A stretch of 62,155 nt of DNA, the filler included, from Vannella sp. (taxonomy: Eukaryota): assembly GCA_023345925.1 (NCBI GenBank). It is 7 parts of 7 records of this genome, joined end to end, with 100 filler letters (N's around TTAATTAATTAA, not from the genome) between each part and the next. Parts side by side here need not be neighbours in the genome. Positions count along the whole stretch, not along the records: positions 19,664 to 26,148 come from JAJQQN010000329.1; positions 26,249 to 41,031 come from JAJQQN010000648.1; 5 more parts are not named here. One strand, written 5' to 3'. Positions 24,944 to 36,888 of this stretch are shown here, piece by piece. The first letter of the stretch is position 1. Every line of letters starts with the position of its first letter. The notes beneath the pieces were generated by a model. That model made no database searches. It was not told the origin of the DNA and saw only the letters and a list, made by a program, of their open reading frames with translations. A program made the position numbers and the translations under genes.

Positions 24944-26085
24944 ATGGCGAAGACGAAACTAAGGAAGAGTGGAGGGCAAGAAGAGGTGGACTCGGGTAAG
25001 GGATCCATCCCAGTGGTTGTTGGAGACGTTGTGGCCTCATCGGGGGCGCTCCTCGCTGGGGGTGTAAAGCGAGTGCCCAAAGGGGATAGCAAGTTGGACG
25101 ACTTTTCTTGCTTCAAGGAGGTTCGCGTGGAGTATCCTATCCACTTACCTCCCTCTTATATTGGAGGCCCGTTGCCTGGTGTCATCCGCATACTTGGGGA
25201 ACATCTCTTGAAGTTGGTCCCTTCCCCTTGCCTTCTGCCGTCGTTCCTTCCCTTACCACAAGATTCCAGGTACTCTAAAGAGCTAGGCGGGGTGCCTTTG
25301 TCTATGGGAAGCCCTGGTCTCCTCCAAACCTCCGCAGCGATCATTTCTGATCTTCCTGAGATCCACTTTGCCGTTACCACCAAGTTCCTCGTGTTCTCGC
25401 CCTCTGTTGGGAAGAAGATGGGTTCGTTACGTCTTCCTTTACATACGTATGGTACTCACACACTTGCTAGTGGGTGTGGTTCATCAGATCGGGTTTGATT
25501 ACATCGCCTTGTTGGTTTTGGGAACGTTTAACGTGTCCATCTTCAGCCGTGATCTTCCCTACTTCACTAGAGATGTTGCCACAGACTGTTGGAGACGCGA
25601 TGCAACGAATGAGACGATCAAAGAGGGCACAAAGGTGCTCTTCTCCATTCAATCGTACGTTCTTTCGTCCTCTTGTGACCGCATCTCACCAACAGGCATC
25701 CAGTATCAACGAAGGAGACATCTTCTCCTTAGTGGGCTCTATGAAGGAGCCTGGAACCGGCATTCTGTACGAGACTGACAGCGGGACTCAGCTTGTTCAA
25801 CCAAACAACCTGGAACAGCTCGTTGCCAAGCACAACAGACAGTCTAAACAACCCAAACAAGTACAAAACACAATGGAGTATGACAGTACCTCAGAGACAT
25901 CCCCTGCACGCCCCATCCGATCGGTTCCCGTCGTGACAAAGGTCGAGCCCAAGTCCCCGACAACGAAAGGCCTTCTGGCAGGCCAAGAGAGCTCACCAAA
26001 GCCTCCCAAGAAGAGAAAGAGATCAAGCACTGGCCAAGAATCAACTCCAAAGAAGAAGAAGAAGGTCAAGGCGGAGCCAGAGTAA
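24944..26085 (+). CDS. RPA43: RNA polymerase I subunit RPA43, multi-exon
   Basis: IHLPPSY, LLK/YSKELGGVPLS, FLVFSPSVG, YIALLVLGTFNVSI, Lys-rich tail. Confidence 0.85.
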
Positions 26086-26148
26086 AAGCGACATTCCAAG
26101 TGACTTTGAATGGTGTCAAGTCATTCATTGTTGGCACAGAAAGTCGTT

Positions 26149-26248
26149 NNNNNNNNNNNNNNNNNNNNNNNNNNNNNNNNNNNNNNNNNNNNTTAATTAA
26201 TTAANNNNNNNNNNNNNNNNNNNNNNNNNNNNNNNNNNNNNNNNNNNN
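26149..26248. other. Artificial contig linker
   Basis: N-run with TTAATTAATTAA. Confidence 0.99.
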
Positions 26249-26884
26249 CGTAATGAGGCTTTGATTGCAGAGGAATCTCTGAAGGAAGAGGAGGCTTTGA
26301 AGGCCGAGGAAGCTTTGCAGGCCGAGAAAGCTCAAAGAGCTGAGGAAGCTCGGAGGGCAAAGGAAGAGGAAGCTCGGAAGGCAAAGGAGGAAGAGGAAGA
26401 GGGAGCTCGTAATGAGGCTTTGATTGCAGAGGAATCTCTGAAGGTAAAGGAGGCTGAGAAAACTGTTAAGGAAGAGGAAGCTCCCAGGGCCAAAGAAGCT
26501 TTGAAGGTAGAAGCTAAAACACTACAGCAAGCCACAAAGGCAGATGATGCTTCACAAGATGCTCCTCAGGCAGACGAAGCCACAAAGGTAGATGATGCTT
26601 CACAAGGTGCTCCTCAGGCAGACGAAGCCACAAAGGCAGATGATGCTCCACAAGGTGCTCCTCAGGCAGACGAGGCTTCAAAGGCAGAGGAAGGCGCAAA
26701 AGCCGGCGGAGTAGTTCTCGAAGCAGAGGAAAGGGTAGAGGAGGCTCAAAACGAAGAATCGCAGATGAGTGAGACACTCCAGAGCCCAAGAGAAGTTCAG
26801 GACCCCGTTATCCCAGAAACATCGAAACCAGAGGACCCCTCTTCCCAAGGCGCTCCTCTGGCACCTGAATCCTCCACTCCCTAA
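26249..26884 (+). CDS. 3' part of a Glu/Lys/Ala-rich repetitive protein
   Basis: Open frame from the contig edge; RNEALIAEESLK occurs twice; 16-aa repeats. Confidence 0.65.
   Translation, partial: RNEALIAEESLKEEEALKAEEALQAEKAQRAEEARRAKEEEARKAKEEEEEGARNEALIAEESLKVKEAEKTVKEEEAPRAKEALKVEAKTLQQATKADDASQDAPQADEATKVDDASQGAPQADEATKADDAPQGAPQADEASKAEEGAKAGGVVLEAEERVEEAQNEESQMSETLQSPREVQDPVIPETSKPEDPSSQGAPLAPESSTP
26531..26690 (+). repeat. Coding 48-bp tandem repeat x3 (ATKADDASQGAPQADE)
   Basis: gccacaaagg.agatgatgct.cacaag.tgctcctcaggcagacga at 26531, 26579 and 26627. Confidence 0.9.
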
Positions 26885-26923
26885 AGCAATGGGACAATAA
26901 ACAGCAGTTTATGCCATTCACTC

Positions 26924-27186
26924 ATGGACCTGTGGAGCATCTCCTCCACAGCCGCTGTGGGCACTCTTTTGGGGATCTTTCTGGCAGCAGGTAGGACGAA
27001 CATCTCCCTGCACACACGCATACGACAACGAACAAGGGGAAGCTGACTCTCTATCATCGCACAGGCTGGACCACCATCTGGTGCCTTTGGTTGGAGAAGG
27101 TGGAGATCCTCCGGGACCTGATGATGCCCAGCAGCCCCTCCAATCCTCCTTCGCCCTTCAAAAGCAGAGACCGCAATCCCTTTTAA
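26924..27186 (+). CDS. 62-aa small membrane protein, SMIM13-like (absent from the ORF track)
   Basis: Exons 26924-26990 and 27065-27186 give MDLWSISSTAAVGTLLGIFLAAGWTTIWCLWLEKVEILRDLMMP...; the GWxxxWxLxLxKxxxLRxL pattern is recalled from SMIM13. Confidence 0.65.
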
Positions 27187-27226
27187 GCCTCCTTCTTGTC
27201 ATTTTCCTCCTCCTCCTTCGTTGGGC

Positions 27227-28470
27227 ATGTCGCGGGTGGTGGAGGCGTACGAGGGCTTTGTTCTGGAGAACTCTGAGACCATTGGTTATGCAGAGACGTT
27301 CCTTCAAACAGCGTGTAACCTCACACCCAGTCGGTTTGGGAACAACGAGAAGATAACGGAAGCTTGTGAGGGAGTTGGGGAGGGGTTGATGGGCATGGCT
27401 TGCTGAGACTTCTTTAGTGTACGCCAGTGTGAACCTCTTGTCTCTGTACCATGACAACATCCTTTGGAATCACCAACTTCTCACCCAGCCCGCTACTGGA
27501 GCCGAGGGCGGGCCAGGGAAGAAGATTCTTCCGCGATGGTGGCGACTCTTCTCTGTTGCCCTTGCCTCAATCTCTGCTACGGAACTGTTCTTCGAAGTTC
27601 TGTATCGCACCCCTCAGAAGGAAACGGAGGGCAAACGCTGGAGGACCATCTTCATAGTCGAGCTGGTCAGGTGATTAGCTGAGTCGCTCTTTCAGTGGCA
27701 CTAACAGTGCATTGGTAGGGCAATCATTCGCTTATTCCTATTGTACAAGACTCGTGGTTCGATCTTGGCCAGGCAGAGAGTTCCACAACGAGAGAAAGGA
27801 CCAAAGTCTGTTGCCTCTCTCCTCTCTTTGATCTATCTCACTCTCCTTTAGACCTCCCACCTCTGAAGAACCTGAAGAAACTGAATACTCTCCAGTTCCC
27901 ACTAACAGGGTGACTCTGCTCGATCGAGCCCGCATGCAATCACCTGAGGGGGATTGGACGACCTATTGGGTCAAACAAAGTGGAGCTAAATCCACTGAAG
28001 CATACATTCCTACAATCGCTTCAAACACAAGCACCTTAGGAGAGCTTCTGTACATCCTTAGGCCGCTTGTTTATGGTGAGAATCCGGTTTTCGGGAAACA
28101 ATGTTAATGACTTGGTTAGTCGCGGCCGTCCGGAAGTATGGGCGGCAGTCATGGAGACCTTGGCTTCTCTCCTTCTTAGTGGACTATCTTTCCAACAAGC
28201 TCTCAACACTCCAAAGCAAGCGTAATGTTGATGAGGCGGAAGAACTTGCCCGACGAAAGATGGCGTGGTTCCTCTACCTCATCCGCTCTCCCTTCTACGA
28301 CAACATCTTATGGTACGATCTCTACTTCTTTCCCACAAGGCTATTCATTCTCTTGTAGTGCCATCCTTAGGACAATCACTCCCGGCTTCATCCAAAGTCG
28401 TACCGGATTGATTAACAATTTGGTGGAGGGTTACAGAGAATTGTACTTTTACACTGCTGGATCATCTTAA
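27227..28470 (+). CDS. PEX16: Peroxisomal biogenesis factor 16, multi-exon
   Basis: LLSLYHDNIL, KRWRTIFIVE, GELLYILRPLVY, SWRPWLLSFLVD, ELARRK..FLYLIRSPFYD. Confidence 0.92.
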
Positions 28471-28672
28471 ACCAAGCGATGAACAAAACCACCAAAGGCT
28501 AACTTGACTTTTCTAAAGATATTTTGAAGATACTTTTTGCAGGCCTGCCATTGGAGGACTTGGACTCATGGCGTAAGCGATGTCACATCTTTGATGCCTC
28601 GGTGTTTCAACCACTCTCTAGCTGTCTCTGTGAGTACTTAAAGGGAACGGACGGCTCTAACCCCAAGGGTAG

Positions 28673-29089
28673 AGGCCCCCGAGGGAGTATCACCGTCAGG
28701 TCATTCCCAGTTTACCAAACGGCGCGGCGTTTTCCCCTCGACTCGAAGAAACTCCCAGCTGCGACGCCTACCTACCATTCTACTTTGATGAAGAAGACTT
28801 GCAGGTAATCAACAACGAACTCCCTTTGGAGGAGCCATCCTCTCCCATCGACAACGGAAAGGCTGCTTGGAAAACACTGACTGAGCATCGAGACATGTTT
28901 ACTCTCATGATGCGAGAGACTGTGCCAGTTCTCAAGAGATCCAGCCCGCATTCCCGTTTCCGGAGCAGCCACAAGCCAATACCTCAGAAGCGAAAGCCCC
29001 GTTGCCCAGTGCCCAGGCGGAGAATGCGCCCTTTGGAGTTTGTAACTGTTCGAAGGAAACCGGAGATTGAGATTGTCTGCATTGATTAG
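28673..29089 (+). CDS. Hypothetical protein, last exon (5' exons uncertain)
   Basis: Open frame after the AG at 28671-72; no family recognised. Confidence 0.35.
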   Translation, partial: RPPREYHRQVIPSLPNGAAFSPRLEETPSCDAYLPFYFDEEDLQVINNELPLEEPSSPIDNGKAAWKTLTEHRDMFTLMMRETVPVLKRSSPHSRFRSSHKPIPQKRKPRCPVPRRRMRPLEFVTVRRKPEIEIVCID

Positions 29090-29096
29090 AAGGTTG

Positions 29097-30415
29097 TCAA
29101 AGGTAGTGATCTTGAAGTGAGGAACTCTGCTGTACGGCTGCTTCGTGACTGCTTATCAACCGACGGCGGCCATCAATAAAGTCCATTGCCTCTGCATATG
29201 AAAACGGCTGAACTTGTCGCAATTCCACTCGCTCGCTGGTCGAGAAGGTCAAGTGGAATGAGTTACTTCGCCGCTTCTCATCCTTCACAAGGTCGTGAAT
29301 GATCGTCTCGACCTTAATCTGACAAGCCACTCTTCTCTCATCAGCTACAAATTGGGATATATCCCCGATTGGACCTACTTGGTACTGAAGACGACGGACG
29401 CAGTGAAACTGATAATCGATCCAATCTCCACTGGCCGATGGAAAGTAATTTCATCCACGGCTAGCAGGAGAGGGCGAGACATTGCCCCACAGAACTTCAG
29501 TGCGACTGCCATCCCAAGCTCATAAGCCTTGCGCATGAGATATCCACCGAAGATGCTGTCCTTTGTGTTCCTCTCTTGAGGCTGCGTGATGCTAACCGAG
29601 CTGAGAACAGTCTCCTTCACAGGAACCCGACTGGAATCCATCACACTAACTTCCTTTTCGTTCGGATAGTAAATTTGATGCACAGGAAGTAGCTCGTCCC
29701 CTGTTGGCAAGCTATTGGCAATAGACAGAGCTCTCTCTTGCTCCCTAATGTCCTTAGCTTGCTCCCCATGTAGCCATTGCATCTTCTCCTCGTCCGTGAC
29801 AACTTCAAGATGATTGACGGGAGCTGATTTGCCAGTAGTGGCATCACGTGCCACCATCAAGAACGAGGAGGTTAAGATCTGGTTCTCGGGAGCCTCCTTC
29901 TCAGCAACAGCGACGTGAATATGCATGGAACTCCTCCCCACGTACGAAACGTTCCCAAACATCGTTAGATCGACGTCCAGGCGGAAGGGACGTAAGATAT
30001 CTACACGGTCTACACATGCGGTGACAATGTGTAGGGGTCTAGTGAGTGGGTTGTTGTCGTCTGCATGAGAATGAGCGATGTTCCCTGCAAGAGCGTCGAG
30101 ATCTTCGAGGATCTTCCCGAACCGAACGCTCCCTGGCATCCAGCTAGCGTAGGCATCTCTCATAGATGGGTTACTGGCAAACGATAGCTCCACTGAGACA
30201 TGCGACTCCTGTGGTGACTTCTTTACGAGGAAAGGAGGAAGGTTCGCTACCACAGCCTTCTCCGCGGCTTTCCGTGCTGCCTCATCCAACAAGTCCTTCT
30301 GCACACGCGTCTTCCATAACAGAGAGGTTGTACCAGTGCGAGTGGACGAGATAACAGGCTCCTGAGATCCTCCCAAGGCCACACCTCCGAACCCCCTCTT
30401 CCAGGCCTGCCTCAT
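29097..30415 (-). CDS. ACOT9: Acyl-CoA thioesterase, double hotdog (ACOT9-like)
   Basis: VRFGKILEDLDALAG, IVTACVDR, YVGRSSM, IFGGYLMRKAYELG, PVEIGS, FHLTF; one intron near the 3' end. Confidence 0.88.
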
Positions 30416-30463
30416 ATATAATGGTCCAATTCGTATGTAAAATCTAATTTTATGTCATTAGAC

Positions 30464-31816
30464 TCAACCACACATCCAATTGACCCATTTGGTGAGAGAG
30501 GGGAAGAGGATGGGGAGTGCGCAGTAGTTGTAGGGGATATGTGCGGTTGGAGATAGAGGGTATGTTATGTACTCGTCCAGCAAGCGGATCGCCCAATCAA
30601 GAGGGGACAACGACGCCAGTTCGCTGGCGGTTGCGCGTCCTCGGGTGAGAAGATCCTTGCGGAGGGTGTCCATGAGGTCTTCCAGCTTCATAGTCTCCTC
30701 CTCGGGAAGGTGGTTGAACCTGTGGACCTCTTCTTGGCTGGCAAAGCAACGGGCTCGGTACACAACCGTCCAACGCAGATCATCTGTCTGGTACTCCTTT
30801 ACCAGTTCTCCGTCACTGTGGAGCTCCCATCGATCGTCTCCAACATAGACAAGCTCATTCTTGGCTGACTTTTCCATCGCAGGAGCCTTCACACCTGGCT
30901 GGTACACCGTGGCAGCGTGAATCAGCTTTGAACCATCAACCACGGACCCAGCCAAGGGGATGGGGCTCTCCATCTTGGGTGTGAGGCTCTCACTGTCCCA
31001 GAAGACAAAGTTCCCACCTCGTTCAGGTGTGGGAGTCCAACGATGAAAGTAGGCGACCACTTGGATCTGGTCGATGAACTTGTCCTGGAATAAGCCTGAG
31101 AACTGCATCACAGCGAGCAACCACTGAGGAAACTGGAAGCGCGTGGCTCCCCAGAAGTACACTCCATCGACATGAAGCGCTACTGTCTGTCCAGGCACCT
31201 GCACGATGAAGTTGAACTGAAAAGGGTCCAACACTTGCTTGTTTGGAGGGCACACCGCCCTGGCAGACTGCTGAAACTTCTCTGACTGGAACAGAGCATC
31301 CACAGTAGGGAACGCAGAAGGGTCAAAGATGTACCGGCCGAAGCTGAGAAGGCGAGCGACAAGATCCTCGTAAGGCTCCTTCAGTCCTTGGACTCCTCCT
31401 CCCAGGATGTAGTGGCGACCCACATCAATGCGACCAGGTAGTACACAGTGGGTTCCGTTCACGGAAGGGACAAGGAAATGGTGCGTGCACTTGCCATCAG
31501 GTCCGAGTGGCGCAGCCTCCCCAACATGTTCGTGCCTCGTTTGATAGAACTAATGCAAGTTAGACATGCTACATGTGTGTATGGTGGGGATGACCTTAAG
31601 CTCAGCAGTGTTTGTAGGGAACTCCTTCATCTCCTTTGCTAAAGACAAGAGGGCGTCACCAATTTCAGGCGTCAGAAGATTCTCCTCGAACAACGAAGGA
31701 TGTCCTGTCATATGCGGAGGAATAGAAACCCTACGCGGACCACTGGCACTCAACACCACCGCTAGCACAAGAACCAGCGCACTAAACCCCACCACAGCGC
31801 GCAAAGGAGCGCCCAT
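30464..31816 (-). CDS. Uncharacterised secretory-pathway protein with a 2OG-Fe(II) oxygenase-like HxD...H motif
   Basis: N-terminal hydrophobic anchor; ALHVDG, GGNFVFW, DGSKLIHA, WTVVYRARCF. Confidence 0.6.
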
Positions 31817-31856
31817 TCGCAACAAAATGCGCTTTTGCTTGGAAATTTCGGTGACA

Positions 31857-31964
31857 ATCCCCTTCCCCTCGAGAGACTCAAAATGTGAAAAATGAAATCA
31901 GGCCAAAAGCTTATCCTGAAAGGATGGAGGTTATCAGGACACTCTAAGCAAAGATGAGTTTTGG
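31857..31964 (+). repeat. Dispersed element, copy C (diverged)
   Basis: caaaatgtgaaaaatgaaatcaggccaaaagcttatcctgaaaggatggaggttatcagga. Confidence 0.9.
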
Positions 31965-32115
31965 AACCTTTTGGGCGCTCTCTGCTTGTTGGCCTGGGAC
32001 TCAGACCGGGTGTGTGCAAGAGGATGAGGACTTGTGAAATAGAGTGCGCCTTGTTCTAATCCTACTCATAAAACGAGGGGGTTACCTATTGAGTGACTTT
32101 TCCATTGGGTTTCGT

Positions 32116-33700
32116 TTATCCGCTCAGAAGTTCTTTTTCTGGAAACCAAAGTCATTCATGATGATGAGGCAGTGGAATGTAGATGATGATAACGTACCAT
32201 GGGCGATCAGATCCACCATCTCCTGTTTGTGGAAGGCGGCGGCGGTGCGAATGTCTTCGAACTCGCTCAATTGCATTTGTAATGTTCCCAGCTCCTTCCG
32301 AAGAGAACGCAGCTTTGCCTCAACAATCTTAGATTGGTGTTCTTTGATCACACGGCCGGCAGTCCGTTCCTCCTCCATGATTTTTGCTTGATACTCAAAC
32401 TGGGTACCGAGAATTCCTACTGGGAATGCCAGCATCTTGGAACCGGTGAACTCAAACTACCTGATACTTAAAGAGAGACCTACCAGCAATCCAAACATCA
32501 TCGTGAACCCTCCCAACATCTTGCCAGTCGGGGTAATTGGAAAGTTGTCTCCGTAACCCACCGTTGCCATTGATACTAAACAGGTTGAGATCACCTATGC
32601 GGCGACCAAGCACGAGAACTTACCAATGACATACCAAATACTATGCGGCACTGATTGGAAAGGACTTTTCCACGAAAAGTCAGTAAACTGCCAGTCATTC
32701 ACTCGATAGTTCGCACCTTATCTTTCCTGGACTATTAGATTTGTCTGTGTAGATCCACTGCTTGGTATCCTTATCAAATTCAGACTCGGTTTGTTCAGCA
32801 AAGTAAAGTGTGGAGGCGAAGAAAGTGATTCCAATGGAGACAATAACACTCATTTGGAAGAATGCAGGAAGGCAGAACTTGAATGCCCTGACGACAGCCT
32901 TCGCAAAAGATTAGAGATTATCAGGGCATCATAAGCTCCAACCTGCACAACGCCTGCAAAACGCTCAAGTCTTAGGAGGCGAACTAGGCGGATCAGGCGG
33001 ATGACTCTCATCGAACGAAGCCACAAAGGATTAGAGCCAACTCCCCCTACAGCAGTAACAATAATCTCAATGAAATAAGGCAAGATTGACAGCACATCAA
33101 TCACATTCAGGGGCTCTGAAGGACATTGAAAGCCGTTAGAACCTTTCTGAGGGAAACACAAAAGGACTCCTCACGTATCACAAAGCGCCATCTTCGAGAA
33201 TGGGTGACCAGGAAGCGAAGAGAGTACTCCAGGATGAAGAATGATACAATGACTGTCTCCAACACAAAGAAGGTGGTTGCTTGAGCGGTCGTTGGGTTCT
33301 GGAAAGTTGGCCATGACTGAACGATTAAGAGAACTACGGACAGTAACACCAAGAAGGCGATGAAGAGTGACCAAACACCCGCCTGAGACCATCAGCAGGA
33401 TTTTCATCGCAGAGCGGGTCTCCTTACCAGGATTGAAGAGGAAGGAAAGTTAAGGAATGTGTATAACACTTCTCTGAAACGTTGTATGTAACCAGGAGTC
33501 GTACGGATACGAATCTTACGGAATCCCATCGCCCGTTCCTTTTGCAAGATGTTGTGAAGCTCAAAGTCCATGTACTGAGCATATTCAATGCGTGATTCCA
33601 TTTCAACAGAGAAGCTATCCCTCCCCTCTACCTCTACCTCCATAGCTTCACCACTGAACATCCCTGACGAAGTTGACAGATCCTCAGAGTCGTCATCCAT
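32116..33700 (-). CDS. Voltage-gated K+ channel (6TM), multi-exon
   Basis: NVIDVLSILPYF, S4 LRSMRVIRLIRLVRLLRL, pore SMATVGYGD, LAFPVGILG, coiled-coil tail. Confidence 0.92.
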
Positions 33701-33713
33701 CAAAGAGCCAGAA

Positions 33714-33785
33714 GAAATGAGAGAAGGTGAAATGCGAGGTGAAATGAGAAGGTGAAATGAGAAGGTGAAATGAGAAGGTGAAATG
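33714..33785. repeat. ~13-bp tandem repeat (gaaatgagaaggt) x5 in a divergent promoter
   Basis: Direct reading. Confidence 0.9.
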
Positions 33786-33792
33786 CTCATTC

Positions 33793-34981
33793 ATGATTGG
33801 GAGCTGCCGGACTGCCACCCTCGCAGAGAAGGCCTTGGAAGGAGTGGTGGAAGAGCTGGTCTTATCGTGTGGGAATGTGATGCGATTCACCTTGGGTCCT
33901 ACAGAGGGGCGCAGTGTTGCATGGGACGGTGCAACCCCGAACGGGCTTGATGAATGGAGTCGAGTGTCTCGAGTACTTGCTGGAAGAGCCTACACTCGAT
34001 CAAGGAAGGACTTTCTCTCTTCCTCTCCCGAAAGCACTCTGAGAGAGAATGAAATCCCGCTTGTTCGGGGCTTGGGAGTGTGTGCAGCCTCCCAAGGAGT
34101 CTTTATCTCCTCATGGAGCGCTTCGCACGTCCAAACCTTCCACCACAACATGAAATATCTCAACCCTGAGCAAAGTAGCACGTCTTTACTCCAACCAATC
34201 TCAGATCTTGTCAAAAGCCTCCATCACCAACCGCTCCCGTCCTCCGAAGTGCCGCCTGAATGGCCAAGCAGTCTTGTGTTTGAGTCACACTTGAAAGAAA
34301 AGGTGGAAGACATGATGTCAGACCCTACATCAGGGTCTGGAGGCAAACTAATCGTCATCACGGAGGATGGGCAAGTTCGGCACAGTATTCCCAAAGAGAA
34401 GGGCAATCCCGTTGTTCTTTCTGGCTCTTTCAATCCTCTTCATGAAGGCCATGTAAAAATGCTATCCAGCGCCTCACTCTCATTAGGAACCCAATCGTCT
34501 CCATTCTTTGAACTCTCGGTCCACAATGTCGATAAGCCCTCATTACCCTGCCATCTGATACTCGATCGAGCCAGTCAGTTTGCTGGACGGTCTAGTATCA
34601 TCCTCGATACGTGTCCTCTGTTCACCGCTAAGGCATCCCTGTTTGGACCAGCCGCCACATTTGTTGTGGGATTCGACACTGCCAAGCGGATCATCGATCC
34701 CAAGTACTACCATGACTCCCCTGAGGAGATGAATCAAAAGCTAGAAGAGATTAGAGCTCTCCAGTGCAGCTTCTTGGTCTGTGGAAGAGACATTGAAGGG
34801 GACTGGCATCTTGAATTGCCTTCGGTGAGGAACTTCACACATCTACACCTCTTGTCCCTCTAACTGTTAAGCTCAGAGTCCAGCAGATGACCTTTTCAAG
34901 AGCGTAGCGCGCGAACACTTCGACATGAAAGTCTCTTCGACAGAGAAGCGGCTCAAAGGGATCAAAGTGCCCGTGTGGTGA
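33793..34981 (+). CDS. HxGH nucleotidyltransferase superfamily protein (NMNAT/cytidyltransferase-like)
   Basis: LSGSFNPLHEGH, FELSVHNVDKP, FVVGFDTAKRIIDPKYY, FLVCGR, and KVSSTE after a 3' intron. Confidence 0.8.
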
Positions 34982-34994
34982 CGCTTCTAGGTGT

Positions 34995-36101
34995 TTAGTT
35001 GAGTGCATCGATCAATTGATGATACCCTTCCTCGACCTTGAGCCTCAGAGATGTGTGTTGTTGCTCAGATAAGTAAAAGTCAAGAACTTGCTCCCATCCA
35101 GGCCGTTCATCCTCCACTGTGTGAACCCAAGGGCAGAACGATAAGTGCTGGGTAGAGAATGCATCAAAGGCGGCTAGGCGAGGAGGGACTGGCACGCTTT
35201 TGTCTTCAGATTTGTGCCTCTTCAGGTCCTCTTCCTGGTGGGTGGAAGGAGAAGTGCTTGAGAGGAAGTTCCAGCTTCCCACTGTTCGATGGCACCATTG
35301 ACATGTTAACAAGTAGCGCCGATCTGTTGATCGACCGCGTTTGGCAAGCAAAGGAGAAGCTTTGGGTCCTCCAAGAGGGGTGAATCTCCACCCCGCCAAT
35401 GACAGCAAGAGCGCATCATCTTCAAACATAGAGGAAGGCGAGCTTTGAGTGGCCCCTCTCTTGGTCACAGCAGCAGCCTATTTGGAGATTAGGACCCACC
35501 ATCCGCCCACTGACGAGAGACTCACCAAGAAGGACCGCGTCTGTGGCGCGATGAGAGGGAGAGGGAAGTCTGCGTGTTCCCTAAATAGTGACACATATCG
35601 TAGAAAACAGTAAACAGCGGGAGGTGAACCCGCTCTTGCCTTCTCAGAGGACACAAGGCTTGGTGCAGCGTACACATATTCGTACTGGAGGGGAACCTCT
35701 ACCAAGGCAAAGGTACAGAGTGCCTTGTGCGAGTATTTGAGGAGTCCAGTCTGCTTGAGGCGATGGTCAAATGCGAGATCGTCAAACCGCATTAATTCTT
35801 TCAACTCTCCTCCGCTTTGTCGTTCGTCTGGAGCCAAGCTATCTCCGTCTATGAGCACCTTAACATGACAAGTAGAGCACTTCAAGTGTGCCCCACCTTC
35901 ATGGGAGATGCTCCATCCATAACGGGCGATCTCCCTTGGGCTGGGAAGCCACGTTCGACGAGAGAGATGCCACCAGCTCTTTGCCAAGCCTGCGACCCTC
36001 TCTTCATACTCTTGCATCTCTGTCTCTTCTATGGCATCTGCACTCTGCACTCCAACCATCTCTTGGAGGGTTTGCAGGGCCTCTGCTACTCTCCTCTCCA
36101 T
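34995..36101 (-). CDS. NIPA/ZC3HC1/Rsm1-like C3HC zinc-finger protein
   Basis: SPREIARYGW..LKCSTC..HKALC; LSLAGW..LTCQWCHRTVGSW..HLSFCPW. Confidence 0.8.
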
Positions 36102-36185
36102 CTGTGCAAGAAATGTTCCACCACGCGCCTGAGAACGAAGATGAGAATCCGAGCACGCATACAAGTTTGCCTTTATAGGTTCCGC

Positions 36186-36666
36186 TTAGTTTGCAACAGT
36201 GGCGGCGATGGTGTCCAGCTCGCGCTGTCCAGCCTTGGAGATCTTGCGGCCTCCGTCGCGGCTCTTCTCGATGAGACCAGCGGCTTCGAGGCTCTTAAGA
36301 GCAGATCGCACAACGTTGGTGGAGCTACGGGCAAATCGGTTAGGCTTGGTTCCTCGTCGCTTGTTTCCGCCGAATTTGATGCAAAGGTGTCCAACGCCGA
36401 TACCCTGGTGCAAGTAGACCTGACGGGCGATCGCAGCTGTAGAGAGGTTAAGGTTAATAATTGCGACTAACAAGAAGGAGGAGATGCGCACCACAGCGAA
36501 CGAAGTACCAGTCAGCATCATAGGGGCTAAGGTCCTTCCATGAGGCAGTCTTCATGATACCACTCCAGGCAGGGAGCTCAATCTGTCCAGCCTTCTTAAG
36601 TTGGGCAGCGTAAGCGGTGATGAACTGATCCGCGGCAACATCCTTCAAAGTAACACCCTTGGCCAT
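36186..36666 (-). CDS. RPS19: 40S ribosomal protein S19, one intron
   Basis: GVTLKDV, DWYFVR, AAIARQVYL, GRKISKAGQRELDTIA. Confidence 0.97.
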
Positions 36667-36888
36667 TATAAGTTCTGTCGGACTACGTGGAACATCCATT
36701 GTTAGATAAAACAGAGGGGACGCAGTCCGACATGGGGGACCTACAGTTGGCAGAGAGAAAAAGGAGGCTCTCGACCAACCAACTCCTTGCCACGAAAATT
36801 TTCGTTCTGCAAATGGCAGAGTCGCCCTGTGAAAGAGTTAACTTTTTTAATTTAGAGAAACAATTTAAGTCATTATTATACGAGAGGG

